Assembly: GCA_000320545.1 (NCBI GenBank)
Contig: ADNK01000750.1
Coordinates: forward strand, 1-51,845
DNA: 51,845 bases
Source of the DNA: Bigelowiella natans CCMP2755
Lineage: Eukaryota > Protista > Cercozoa
Reading direction: 5' to 3'
Of this stretch, positions 25,500 through 38,470 are shown one piece after another. Within the stretch, counting starts at the first letter, position 1, and each line of letters starts with the position of its first letter. A program made the position numbers and the translations under genes. A model generated the notes under the pieces. The model did not search any database. It saw nothing but the letters and a program-made list of their open reading frames with translations, and had not been told where the DNA came from.

Positions 25500-26600
25500 A
25501 CGATGGCATGGCATCGCGCTGCTAGCTGGCTACGATGCGAATCGAATAAGCTCTACAAGTCTAGAGCTGCACAAAGTTGTACTGCATGCTGGTCTAGTGG
25601 CTGCGGCTCTGAGGCTGTGTGGCGTCGCATTGCCGCGCAGCGCGCATGGCAAGCTAGCTTGTTGAGAGACGACACACATTATTTCTGTCAACGCTAGAAC
25701 GCATTGAAGGCTATAATTGAAAGTTGCAGCTGCACAACAATAATAACGTGGTCCACCATGCCAATCTGCATCGCAAAATTAAAGTTATAAAACGTGTGTT
25801 GCATCAAACTTCTAAAGCCCTATGAGGCTATATAGCGTACGCAAGTACGAACATATGTAGTTTTAAACACATGTCCTTGACATGTATTGTATACTAATAT
25901 AATAATGAACCACAAATGTCTTAGAGCTAGAACATGTGTGCTTTTGAGCGGGTACGCTCTTGTTATGGCCCTATATGAGGGCTATGTAAACTAGCTAGCT
26001 AGTCTAGCAGCGCTCACATTCCATGCATGCTAGCATGTCATGCGCATCATTGTTGCAGCTGCACATGTTATGACTGATGAACGCGCACATCTAGCTAGAC
26101 ATCGCTGTGAATGTGGTGCGCAAACTGAGTATAGCATGCGCAGGCTGCTAGCGCGCAGCAGGATGCAATACATGCACGTGCGAACGTATACGCATAGCTA
26201 GATAGCCTGTCTAGCTGTGATGCACACTAGCACAGTCTAGCAGTGTCGTCAAGCTGTACGCATGCTAGTATGTTGTATAGCATACACATGCACAGCGGTG
26301 CATGTACAAATTTAGATCCATTACACATGTAAGGTAATCAGTAGCACTAGAGCAAGACTAGAAGAAACAATGTGTGTGCACTAGAGCAAACTATAAGTTT
26401 CAGCTAATCTGTAGTATAATGCGCACAAGCTGAGCCACTTTTGACTTTTGATGCATGCATGTTGCAATGTTGCATGTATACGCCATCACCCGCTTATCAT
26501 TACATATTGTCAATATAAGTTGCGCATTACTTCGCATGTTGTAACAAATGCGGGCACGCTAGCCCCTACTAATTTAATTCGATGTTTTTCCATGCACACA
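25500..26600. repeat. Non-coding CTAG/CATG/TGCA-rich island, probably a partially hypermutated repeat remnant
   Basis: About 10 CTAG within 26000-26280 plus gctagctagc runs; no ORF; no terminal repeats identified. Confidence 0.45.
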
Positions 26601-26749
26601 TGATCACTACGCCCTTGCTAACGTCTACGATCAGTCGTCTTTGTGCTATTAAGTCAATGCATTGAGAATAAATCTGTCCATGCAGTGACATGTAGCCATA
26701 GGATCAGTACGACTGCTATATTCAATCCAAAACCACTAAATGGGAGTAA

Positions 26750-27361
26750 TCTAATACAATTCCAATGGTATGTAGGCATCAGCGGACATTGGGGTTTTCA
26801 GCCTCCGATCGGTACCTTTCAAATTATAGTTACATCTCTTCATGCAATATAATATTTTGTTTCATAGACGCTCCTAAATCGCTTCTCGTGGGAACATTCA
26901 AACGTGCATTTAACAATCTCCACGAATATTCTGTTCTCTCATTGTCATCATTATTTGTCAAATCCAATTTATTTATTTATTTACCGCATCTCATTGTATG
27001 AAAACAATCGTTCCGGAGATTATGGTCATCACATGCAGGCCGTGGATCTACATGGTTCTGTGAATGATGGAATTCGTTATCATTTCAGAATAAATGCTGC
27101 TATTACTAACTAACTAGTAGATGATCTGTTTTACATATATTATGATTATTCACGATAACAATGAAGGCTTGCGATCACCTGGTTGAACCATGAATTAGGT
27201 AATTTCATAGCACCATCCCTACATGTATCATACAAAATAATAGATGATAAGAGATAGTATTTTAGTTATGATAATTTTTGTGTTAAAATAGCAGACCGTG
27301 TTTTGTCTTTTTGTTCAACCTTTGAGTCCTTTAAAATATTGTTCGGTGAAAAATGGTAAAC

Positions 27362-27395
<34 letters not shown>

Positions 27396-28147
27396 GAATG
27401 GATGTACAAATGATGTATTGAAGGATCTATTAATAACGGTGATAGATTATACTTCTAATTAGCTACAGGGTCGGTGACGCACTCACTTACTCCTCTACAT
27501 ACGCACAAAAAACTGCTGCTACTGCTACTGCTACTACTACTACGACGACATGATATCTCATCATCATCATCATCATCATCATCCTCACAATCATCGATAG
27601 GAGGTAGTACCACCACCATTATGAGGACATATCATCATCGTCAGGTATATGCTTGTAGTAATAGTAGTAGTAGTTGTTGTTGTTGTTGTATCGGCAACTG
27701 AATAATACTTCATTTCATTCATCAATAATCATGCAGCAAATATATCACTATCATCTTTCGCATATGATCATACTATTCCGAGAGAAGAAGCAGTTGAGTT
27801 TGCAGATTAATAGTGTAGTGATGGTAGTAGTGAGAAGAAGCAGCTGTGTTTGGTACAGCAGCAGCAGCAGCAGTAGCAGCATTAGTGGCATTACAAGTAA
27901 AGTACCGGAGGGTTATAGTCTGGAGTGGTGCAGGAGGAGGAGGTGGAGGAGGAGGAGGAGGAGGAGGAGGGAGATATGAAAAAGAAGAAGAGAAAAAGAA
28001 GAAGAAAAAAAGAAGAACAGTGAGCAAAGAGGAGGATCACTGTGATGATTACTACAGTGGTGGTCTCTGTGCAATGTCTCATTCATTCATTCATTCATTC
28101 ATCAATAGTTCATGATTTCTTCCATCCATTCAAAAAATAGTAATAAC

Positions 28148-28181
<34 letters not shown>

Positions 28182-28462
28182 ATAGTAATATCATTAGCAG
28201 TAGTAGTAGGTAGCACCAGGATTATGAAGGAGAGTCATTATTCCAGAGGCGTCGTGGTAATGATTGATATATTTCTGCATGTATGCATGCAATCATCTAT
28301 TACTGTTACTCATGCTTTCACTAAGTCAAAACAAAAAGAGATGGTGGTGGTGATGATGATACTGATGATAATTATAATAATAAATGATAGTGACATCACG
28401 CAGCCTGATGATGATAATAGACGACTCAGATTTAAGCAATAATAGTAGATATCGTCATCGTT

Positions 28463-28497
<35 letters not shown>

Positions 28498-28613
28498 TAC
28501 CATAATTGCATAATTACCACTATTACTACTAGCGAAACAGCAGTGTTATTGTCATCATCATCATCATCATCATTTTCCCACATCTATCTCCTCACACCAA
28601 AGTTCTTCTTCTT

Positions 28614-28648
<35 letters not shown>

Positions 28649-28979
28649 TGTATGTAGAAAGGAGAGACCAAATTGTCGTCGTCGTCGTCGTCACTTGATT
28701 GTAGTTTTTCCTTCTTTTTCTTCTTTCTTTGAGCGCATACAGAGCAATGTCCTTGCACCTAGAGTGAGTGAGTGAGTGAGTGAGCGAGCTCATCGCGTAC
28801 AGGGAATTTTTGCTTTTTTCCTTTCTTTCACATGTATGTGGAAGTGATGAAGATGATGAAGATGATACTACTGTCCTAGTTTCATCATCATAATCATTAT
28901 CATCAGATGTAATCTTGTTCGTCGTCGTCGTTGTGAGGATGTTTCCTTTGTTTACACACAGTGGAGAAAGGGTCGTTGC

Positions 28980-29013
<34 letters not shown>

Positions 29014-29204
29014 GGGATTGTCGTCATTGCTGCTTTGACACATAAATTCCATATTTGCAAACCATCTGATGATGATACACGGATATAAGAAGAAGGAGAG
29101 AAGAGAAGGATAGTAGTGAAGTAGTAAGTAGTATTGGTAGTAGTAGTAGTAGTAGCTGTGAAATTAATGATATAAAATGGCCCAAATGCACACACACACA
29201 CACA

Positions 29205-29242
<38 letters not shown>

Positions 29243-29678
29243 CACACGCACACCTATCTTCTCCACCCTCTTTTTCATATTTATCATCAGCACCATGCAT
29301 ACCCGAAAAAACAGGGAAATGCGACAAATTATCAAGAAAAAGATAAAGATATTGACATCAGTCAGTCAATAGGTTATTGCTATTATCGATAACGACTACA
29401 TTCAAAGCACTACTGCTGCTGCTACTACTACTACTACTTTCTACCCTTGCTTGAGCATAGTATCAGGCGCTGATAAGTTGGTGCTGTTGGCGTATCTATG
29501 AAGCAACATGTTCAGGACGAATACGTCATTCAACCTGCATATAAAGCATAAAGATAATAATAATAATAATCATCATCATCATCATGAAATTATTATGTAT
29601 GATGATTAACAAACGAGCAAACAAAAGAGTAGCTAACTCTCGAATCATTACACATAAGAGAGGTTTAATCGAGGTTGC

Positions 29679-29719
<41 letters not shown>

Positions 29720-30690
29720 ATGATGCTACTACAATTAGTGGTAGTCGTCATTATTACTATCAATATTGTGATCATAATTCAAGTAGTATTTTAGTCTTTT
29801 TTTCTTATTTGTTCCTCGCTATATATGAATGAAAGAAAATTAAAATGATGATGGTGATGATGATAGTGATGATGATAGTGATGATGTATGAGGATGTATG
29901 AGTATTATTCAGTATACCCGATGTTATTCCTTATCCATGGAATTTCGCAGAATGAAGAAGACATGAAGGAAGAGGAGGAAGAGGATGTTGTTGTAGATGA
30001 TGAAGATGCTGGGTTATGTGCTCCTCCGTGTCCTCGCCCCCCCTGCCCAAATTGACTTCTACTTGCTTTCTCGGTTGTTGCAGCGGAGAGAAGACACTTC
30101 CGAGCCAAAGCCAGCATCGGCCCATTGTACCATTTTAACGCCTATTGGTAATCGTGGTGGTGATGATGATGATGGTAATGACGATAGTAACAATAATAAC
30201 AGAAGAGATAGTAGCTTAAATTATCGTCAGTAATATAAACAACTTTGATGATGGAAGAAGAAGAAGAAGAAGAAGAAGAAGAAGAAGGCCGTAGAAAAAA
30301 GGAAGTGGTGGTAAAGACTAGCATGATATTTTAGTAGCGGACAACTACTAATACTAACTGTAGATATCACTACCGATTCTATTTACGAGAAAAAGGAGGA
30401 GGCTATAAGTAGTTGCAGCAGCAGCATTAAAAGTAGCTAATTAGAGAAGTGTGGGTGCTACTGTATGTTGTACCGTATTGAGGAAGTTTCTCGTCTTTTT
30501 GGAGACTCTAATGCTTACAACCCCTGATGATGGATGGCCACCACCCCCACCGATTGGGAACACGTAGAGTAAAATAGATGGATAGATAGTGATTGCTCAT
30601 GTTGGTTAGAAGAAGAAGAAGAAGAAGAAGAAGAAGAAGAAGAAAAAGAAGAAGAAGCGATAAACATATTTACAACTCACTACTTATTGC

Positions 30691-30727
<37 letters not shown>

Positions 30728-31252
30728 TAATAATTATCATCCTGTGCATCATTCATCGTCATAATCTTATCGTCTCCCATCATCAATCACCACCTGTTTC
30801 TATTTTAAAGTCGTAGCACCATAGCGGTATGTCCTGTAAAGACCTGAAGATTGGAGGGGGGAGTCGAGAATAATTCTGAATGAAAATCATGATGATATTG
30901 ATAGTGTAGTTGTGATGTAACAATTGTTGTTCTTTCTCATCCTCCTCCTCCTCCTCATGATTATCATTATCAGCAACTACATAATATACTTGCATACATG
31001 CATGTGTATCGACATGTGATAATATGTGGTTCCTTAAAGTATTATTTTACTTCTTCTTCTTCTTCTACTACTACTACTAGGTACATTATCTTACTTTACT
31101 CCTTCCAAATGTCGTCGACATATCAATTCAACAATATAAACAATATCTTTGCCATTCGTAAAATTGCTGATTAGTAGTAGTAGTAGTAGCAGCAGCAGCA
31201 GAAGAAGAAGAAGAAGAACACACTTTCTTACGCATGCAGCAGGATGATGATG

Positions 31253-31284
<32 letters not shown>

Positions 31285-31699
31285 GATGGACGCCGACATA
31301 TTATTGATGAGATCATAAAAGAGACATCGTGGAAAAGTTCCAGATAGGACAACAATACCACTATTCATATCTAATACTACTACTTCTCGCTATTTTCGTC
31401 TTCTTCTTCTTCTTCTTCTTCTTCTTCTTCTTCTTCTTCCTTTTCCTCTTCTCCTTATTGTTGATGTCTAACTCTTGTAATAATCCGGTAATACTAATAC
31501 CCATTATCATCATCATCATCTTCTTCTTCTTCATCATCATGTCTATGCTGGATATTTCCCCTCCCCCTTCCTCCCTCCATTACCTATCAATATATTTATC
31601 TAACAACACATGAAAATAATACATAATCAACGCACTAGTATTCCGAGTCGAGCTTCGATACAAATTCCGTGTCGACATCCACCCAGATTAGATGGGAAC

Positions 31700-31735
<36 letters not shown>

Positions 31736-34362
31736 AGAGGTGATGATGATAATGATGATGATGATGATGATGATGATGGTAAAAACAAGGGCGACAAAGC
31801 AAATCCGAATACGATGCTTTATATATTGGACAAACTAGAAATGATATCATACACACCAATGTACTCGTGTTAAATTATCATCATAGCAATGAGTCAGTAA
31901 TTTTCTTCACCGTCATGATCATACTCCTACGACTATTACTACTACTACTACTACTACTTCTTCTTCTTCTTCTACTCGGTACTACGTGGTCAAGAAAGAA
32001 GATAAAGGAGGAGCTATAGTCATGAATGAATAAAAGAGAGCATCATCAATGAATACAAGAGAACATCATCATCAACCCTAGTGGTAGTTGATTTGCTGCA
32101 TGTGCCATAGCTGCGACCTGAATAATTACCATCGATTACTAAGTTCCAACAAGCAGCATGGAAAGATAACTTGACTCTCACATTATCATTATACCATCAA
32201 TGTGTTTCATTAATTCCCCTGGCGCTTACCAATGAACCACTATCAATCTATCATTACTCCTCCATGATAATAAATAGCAATAAATAGTGGTGGTGGTGCC
32301 TGCCTTTCTAATGAGTGCTTTTCCATCCATGATACTGTCCGATAGTGATCTAACTCCATCAATCTTGTAGAATTCGTTCACGTACGACCTTAGAAGATGA
32401 TCATCATGGATACAGACGACTCAAAACAATAAAAAGCATTACATTACATGATATACTAGTCGAGAAGTGAGAGGATGAAGCATGTTGTCATATCTGGCAC
32501 ACGAAGCCACATCATCAGAGTATGCGACCATAGCTACAGGTATGTCATTATTGTGAAGAATACTGATTTTCATCTACCCTTCGTTTTGAAGAAATTCAAG
32601 TAGGTTTGGAACAGCCTATTTTAGTTGTTTGCGTATTATTGACAAAAATCAGAAAACCGTTGCATTTGTACGATGAATAGACGCTTGCTGAAAGAAGCAC
32701 AGCAATTCAGGAGAGCAACATTTGAGCACCACTAAATGGCGCATGCATGATAAATAATTACTACTTTGATGAAGAACCAAGAAGAGACCATATATCATGA
32801 GTAGGAGTATGTAGTACCTCAAATACATCCAGGAAGCAATCAGATTGGGGTATTTCATCTTCTCGAAACATCGTCAAAATTAGAATTAGGTTATTTTTTT
32901 AAAAAGAAGGGGGAGGAAGAAGAAATAAAGGCAATACTGTGAAAACGATATTATTGAGTGGATTGCCGTGCTAATATGTGGAAGCAGCTGAATGCTGATG
33001 CTTTAAATCAGTGTTCTTTTTCTTGACCTTTCTTCAGAGGATTTCGGCCTGTAATAAATAGTAGAGTATCATACGAAATCAGATGTCACAATTTTATTAC
33101 TACTCTAATCCTTCTTATTATCACCATTGCGATCATCCAATTAGCGTGGATGCTTGAATTGCTTGTTCTCGTTATCATCAGCATCATCATCATTATCATC
33201 ATCATCACCTCCACCACCAGCCGTCGTTGTCATACAATATCGATGATAAGTAACATACCGTAAGCAATTTCCCATGTGTTTTCATGATACCTGAGGATGG
33301 TGACAAGATGGTGTACTATTCTTATAACAGTAATTATAACATAAGCCCATGTCAACAACGGATGTCTAAAGCGTTCATTACACGGTAGCTAGTTAAGTTT
33401 CTTTGTTAAAATATTACATCCATAAAGGATATGGAATTCGGTTTTGCCACAAGCTGTGAGAGAACTCAGATCTGGAAAAAATATTCATGATAATTAGCAG
33501 CTGCTGCTAGTTTGTATAATAAACATCCTCCCTCCTGACCCTTATATATCATCGCCGTGATACCTTTGCCTCAGTTGGATGAACTTTGAATTCGAAGATG
33601 TCACGAAAACAGTGTATGGCTGCTATACATAAATTGCTGATGTCAACGAGAAGTGGATCATATTGAAAGTGAAAAAATGACATATATACTACGTTTTGTA
33701 ATTTGTCTTGCTCGATGTCACACCTCAAGCTTTCATTGAATGTCAGTCGCCTACAAAATTTTAGTGCCAACTCCTCTGAGATTTCGGATATGTCAGATGC
33801 TGTATCATATTTGAACAACCTGCCACCAAGGTTCTCTCCAACCCGCTCAATCTCACGAAAGAATCTCTCTAGATCATCCTGAGAACAATGGCATCACGAA
33901 AGAATTCTCTAGAGCATCCTAGGAACAATGGCACACAACATTTATCATGCGTTTGAGTCTAACAACCTCAGTTGAATCTTTGATTTCCGTGCTGGAGCTC
34001 TGGGGATTTGAATGTGTAATGATTTGAGATGAATGATAGTCGGGATCATCACTTATGTGATGGTTGTTATTGATGATAGGCGTAAAACTTTCGGTTGATC
34101 CAGGCAAGGGGGTAGAAAAAGGCCTTGCCGCTGGGTAAAACGTAGTGTTTAGTACCACCAGAAGAATCAATAACCCAATGGAAGAAGCCAATATTACCAC
34201 TGATTTGGTCATCAACCGTAGAATTGACGAAAATAAGCGCCCACCATGCAAGTATTTTTTTTTTTCGATGCCTACGAGTCTTTTCTTATTCCTTTTGATC
34301 ATACACGTAATCCCTCCTCTATCCTTCCTTGTTGAATTGGATTTAAATGTTGGATTCTTCAA
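26750..34362 (-). CDS. Type II membrane protein, probable GT-A-fold glycosyltransferase; many micro-exons, 3' end uncertain
   Basis: N-terminal TM VVILASSIGLLILLVVLNT with S/T/P stem (34210-33950); exon HLIWVDVDTEFVSKLD (~31695-31640, DxD motif); MNSGIVVL (~31365); LNDVFVLNMLLHRY (~29530). Other exons are open but unassigned. Confidence 0.5.
33853..33933 (-). repeat. 41-bp tandem duplication spanning a splice acceptor
   Basis: Minus strand reads tgccattgttcctag|gatgctctagagaattctttcgtga tgccattgttctcag|gatgatctagagagattctttcgtga. Confidence 0.85.
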
Positions 34363-35511
34363 TGGACAGCTTGTTTATGTCGACTATGTGCGTAAGATTC
34401 TGCTAGTAGCACGTAGTCCTCCTAATAGGTGGATGAGTGGTGATGCTGATGAGATGATGATCAGTACTTTCTTCTCCTTTCATTGGGGTGAGCAACAAAT
34501 CATGAAGCATCCGGAAAGAATAAAGAAGAATAACAACAACAATAACAACAACTTTGCATTCTGTTGAGTTTCAAAAGAAGTGCAAAGAAGTTCGCATTCA
34601 AATGAAGAGAGAATGGGAGAACAGCGAGTGTATACATGTACACGCAACGACAAATTATTGTGTCATTTTTTTAAAAAAATGACATGTTTTTGTCAACAAT
34701 CCAGTGATGCCGTAACTGCAACAGTTATTATTATTATTTTTTCGGGAGCTACGGTATCACAATAGATTTTGTCAATTTTCTAAAAATTGCAGATCTATCC
34801 GAAAGATTATATCTGACGCAACACCACAGGAATCAGAAAATCCATGACAGAAACATCCGGTAGTGCTGGCATGAAGATCATAAACATCCTGAGTTTAGGC
34901 ATAAAATGTGCTGCCGCAAGGGAAATTCAGATACAAATCCCCAAAGCCCACGCTGTACAAGGTGAGCAGTCCTACGCAGATGATTTCTAAGAACTTGTAA
35001 TGAGATAAAGGAAATTAAATATGGCGTAATTTATACAACAAATGAAAATCCTGTAAGTCGGATGGTGTACATTGTCTTATTCATTATCTTATATCTTTAC
35101 TAAAGTGAAGCAAGATATGTTTGAAAAATAATATAAGAATGATTATGTGTTTTCGGCATACAAGATTTCGTGAAACCCACCGAATTTGTGTTTTAATTTG
35201 GAAGGGAATCAAGATTTTCCAAGAAATTGCTTTCTTTTGCGATGATTTTTTCAATCAAAGCTCTTAAATATCAAAAGAGATCTAAACAAGGTATGCCGCA
35301 CCCCCGAACACCATCCCAGTAATTTGGTACGGTCTCATTGCTCATGGACAATCTTAGAGAGCTACAAATTTGTTCCATATTGTTTACTTGTTCATTCTTT
35401 ATCTTTACACCTGCAACACTGGATTTGTCAGCATCTTGAAGCCTCAGTCCATCACTCAGATTTACCTTTCTTATGTGTTTCTGGTGGTTTGTTCACATTA
35501 GAAAGTAAAAA

Positions 35512-35862
35512 ATGTCTTGGGATGCATACTGTGCCCTTCCTTCTGCAAAAGTAGTTGGTCTTTATGGCCTCGATGCTAAAAATTTGGTCTGGGGGAAAAA
35601 AGGGACCTTTTCTCCAAAGGCAGGAGAACTTGCTAAAATAAGCACAGCTGGGCCTGGAACATTGGTCAGCTATGATGGCACGAAGATGATGATTATCAAA
35701 GACAGTGAAGGTTGCCTGTTCGCAGCATCTAGTGAGCTGTGTTTGGTGTTCAAGAAACTCAAAAAATGTGCTATGGTTGTTATTGGTGATAAATCCAAAA
35801 AAGATAAACTGATTGAGGAATGCAACAAATATACAAAGCCTCTAATTGACGGGGGATACTAG
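35512..35862 (+). CDS. Profilin-like protein, intronless, 116 aa
   Basis: MSWDAY N-terminus, G.YGLD...W, Y.G.KMMII, C-terminal helix ending ...LIDGGY*: the profilin hallmarks. Confidence 0.8.
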   Translation: MSWDAYCALPSAKVVGLYGLDAKNLVWGKKGTFSPKAGELAKISTAGPGTLVSYDGTKMMIIKDSEGCLFAASSELCLVFKKLKKCAMVVIGDKSKKDKLIEECNKYTKPLIDGGY

Positions 35863-36039
35863 TATCTCCAAAAGACAGTCTACTGATGTGAGATGGTGTA
35901 GGGGATATCTAGCTAAGTGTACTTCTGGCTTGGCCCATTTCTCCTCTTATGCCGTTCATTGTGTGTTGCTGCATGCAGAGGAATCTGTTGACAAGTAACC
36001 CGGAAAGAATGGTGACATATCATCACAGCATGATCAAAC

Positions 36040-36726
36040 TTGCTTGCCTTTAGCGGTTGAATTATTTGAGCCAGAACTCTGCACGCAACACGCTACTGCT
36101 CGGCCTTACATCGACCCCAGTAGCCCGCACTTGCCAGCTTGCTGCAAAATTCAACACAAAAGTTCGGACAAATTTGCCATTCAGCCGAGCCAACAAAGCT
36201 TGACTAAACTGGCATGTGCCGCATGGCATCATCCATGTTGAAATGCTGGCATTCCCTTAGCTAGCTTGGCTTGGTCTTCTCTAGGAAGTTCGAACAGCGT
36301 GCGTGACATTGCATTGCATGCTTGGTGTCGTCCCAGGCCATGCTGCTGCAGTCTGCACTAGCTAGCTAGCATCGCACAGAGCAGCAGGTGTGCCAAAAGG
36401 CCAAAACTAGGGTTTGCACGTCATTGGATCAAATCATCGTGTTCACAACGTGCCACACCTCGATCAAACCCTGCAATGGCCTCCAGCGCGATCGCACGCA
36501 GCTGCGATGCGGCCGCGCGGCCGCGGCCAGCCATGGCTGGCCTGCTAGCTGAAAAGATGTCTGCACGCTTTTGTGGCTCGTTCAAAGCCGCCTAGGTCAA
36601 GATTTGCGGCCATTTGTGGCTTTTTGAAGGACCGCTCTGAGGTGCCAGAGCCAGAAAATTCTGGCCATGTTGGTGCACAATGCAACTGTGCACGCTGGCA
36701 TGCAAGGCACAGCCAAGCGACTTGAG
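36040..36726. repeat. Unclassified TA-poor, CTAG-rich repeat-like sequence upstream of the LTR
   Basis: TA frequency declines toward the LTR; ctagctagctag runs; GC-rich palindromes at 36509-36542; no coding signal. Confidence 0.4.
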
Positions 36727-37130
36727 TGTCAGCGGTGTGGCGCCACCCACGATTGAGAAGCTGTCGCAGTGTGCACACGCCCGTTCACACTGCACGCTGC
36801 GCTGTGCACATCTAGACATCCAAACATCACTGCACGCTGCGCTGTGCACATGCGCATGGAAGTTCTCAGAACTTCGAGAATCTTCCAGAGAATTCGAGAA
36901 CATTCCGGAAGCTTCGAGAATCTTCCACGATGTTCGAGAATTCTCCAGAAGCTTCGAGAGCATTCCGGAAGCTTCGAGAATCTTCCAGAACACTCGAGAG
37001 AATTCGAGAGAGTTCTGGAGGATTCGAGAATGTTCGCGAATGCGCCGGAACCCAACGCGCACATACACGTAGCGCAATGAGTTGACAACAATCATCAGAA
37101 TTCAAACGGACGCAGAACTGCGTGTTGACA
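36727..37130 (+). repeat. Putative 5' LTR (about 404 bp)
   Basis: 5-bp terminal inverted repeat TGTCA/TGACA; internal 24-bp direct repeat cactgcacgctgcgctgtgcacat; degenerate gaagcttcgagaatcttccag subrepeats at 36860-37040. Confidence 0.7.
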
Positions 37131-37371
37131 CTTGGTGACATCAGCACAGTCCCGATCAGCGCACACAAAGCGAAGCAGCTGCCCCCAGCCCGCTGAAAGG
37201 TCACGATCCTCAAGAGGACTTGCTGGAGAACCAAGAAAGAAAAAGGAACCAAGCAACCCCCCCCACCACCCCTTCCAACTGAAAGGGCCAAAGCGACAAC
37301 AGCATTCCCTCAGCCAATCTTCGGTCAAGCCTTCACAACACTGAAAGACAAAGAAACAGGAACAAGACACC

Positions 37372-38470
37372 ATGTCAGACAAGCAGATGGACTCCCTGCT
37401 GAAAAACTTCACCCTCAAGTGCGATGGTGGCAACTGCAAACCCCACACGTGCAAGCCAATGTCTGCTTTCGAAGCAGCCGATTTGGAATCATGCTTCAAT
37501 GTGAACGTGGAAACAGGAGGAAAGGTGACAGAAGTGAACGCACGCACCGACCCTGCTCACCGACGAGAAGTGCTCAAGCTTTCTCCAGAGCAATTTGACA
37601 TCCTCAACCCTGAACCTGAAGGAAGAGGATCACAAGAGAAGGTGAACAAAAGAAAGAGAGGAAGGTTCTTTCTCACAGCTGCTCTGCCTGACAAACTCTT
37701 CGATTTGCTCGAAGGAAAATCCAAAGATGCAGCAGTCACCTCAGCAGCCTTGCTGGAGAAGTGCGAGCCTGCCAATCCTGCAGCCGTCAAAAAACTTTGT
37801 TCGAAGCTGAGTGACACAAACACGGGTCAGTGCAATGCTAGAATGGAGACTTTGCAAAGCATCGTTCTGACCTTGACTCCACTGCAAGAAGACTTCGAGT
37901 ACAGCACGAAGGATGCTCCGACAACCAAGCGCTTGCCACTCCACTTCGAGGACCAGCACCTAGCGAAAAATGCGAGACCACAGTGACAGTTGTCAACAAC
38001 AAGAAAGACGTCACCTTCGACTCTGCAGTGGACATGATCCGTTCCCACACGAACTCCCGATCGCTTGATGACGGGCAGAAACCTTCAAAGAAACACACAG
38101 GACACGCAGCTGCAGAACACAAGTGCGCAAGGATGCACGATGGCTTGGAGAAAAGGCCAAACGAACTCACTGGTCAGCTGAAGACCTGCAAGAGGAAACT
38201 CAGAAAAGGAAAGAACAGGCATGACAGCGGAGCACATCAAGATGACTCCAAGAAGCAAAAGAGAGAAGACCACTTCTCAAACTCAAAGAAAAGAACAAAG
38301 TGCCATCACTGTGGCAAGAAAGGACACTGGGAGAAAGAGTGCAGAAACAAGACAAGAGACGAAGGCAAGCAAAACAAAGGAAAACACCGTTCTTTCATTG
38401 ACCATGGCTCTCCTTCCCAAAGACTTTCCCACATCAACAAGATGGCACGCGACAGTTCTCACCTGCAAAC
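37372..38470 (+). pseudogene. gag: Copia gag pseudogene (frameshift near 37960)
   Basis: LKCDGGNCKPH...MSAF resembles the Copia gag N-terminal (F/Y)DGxNY..W motif with Y->C/H; LPDKLFDLL...ALLEKCEP; EKCETTVTVV; knuckle CHHCGKKGHWEKEC (CX2CX4HX4C). One Tyr in about 400 codons. Confidence 0.8.

Noticed and set aside
34790-34990. Possible exon on the + strand and a YSVGFGD potassium-channel-like motif on the - strand
   Set aside because: Both frames are interrupted by stops and have no supporting neighbouring exons or TM segments.
36525-36548. Helitron 3' end (hairpin followed by CTAG)
   Set aside because: Only 2 nt separate the hairpin and CTAG, the CTAG is not followed by T, CTAG is locally common, and no Rep/helicase is seen.
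36860-37040. Regularly repeated gaagcttcgagaatc motif resembling a CRISPR array
   Set aside because: Degenerate, abutting subrepeats with no unique spacers, inside an LTR of a eukaryotic genome; no cas genes.
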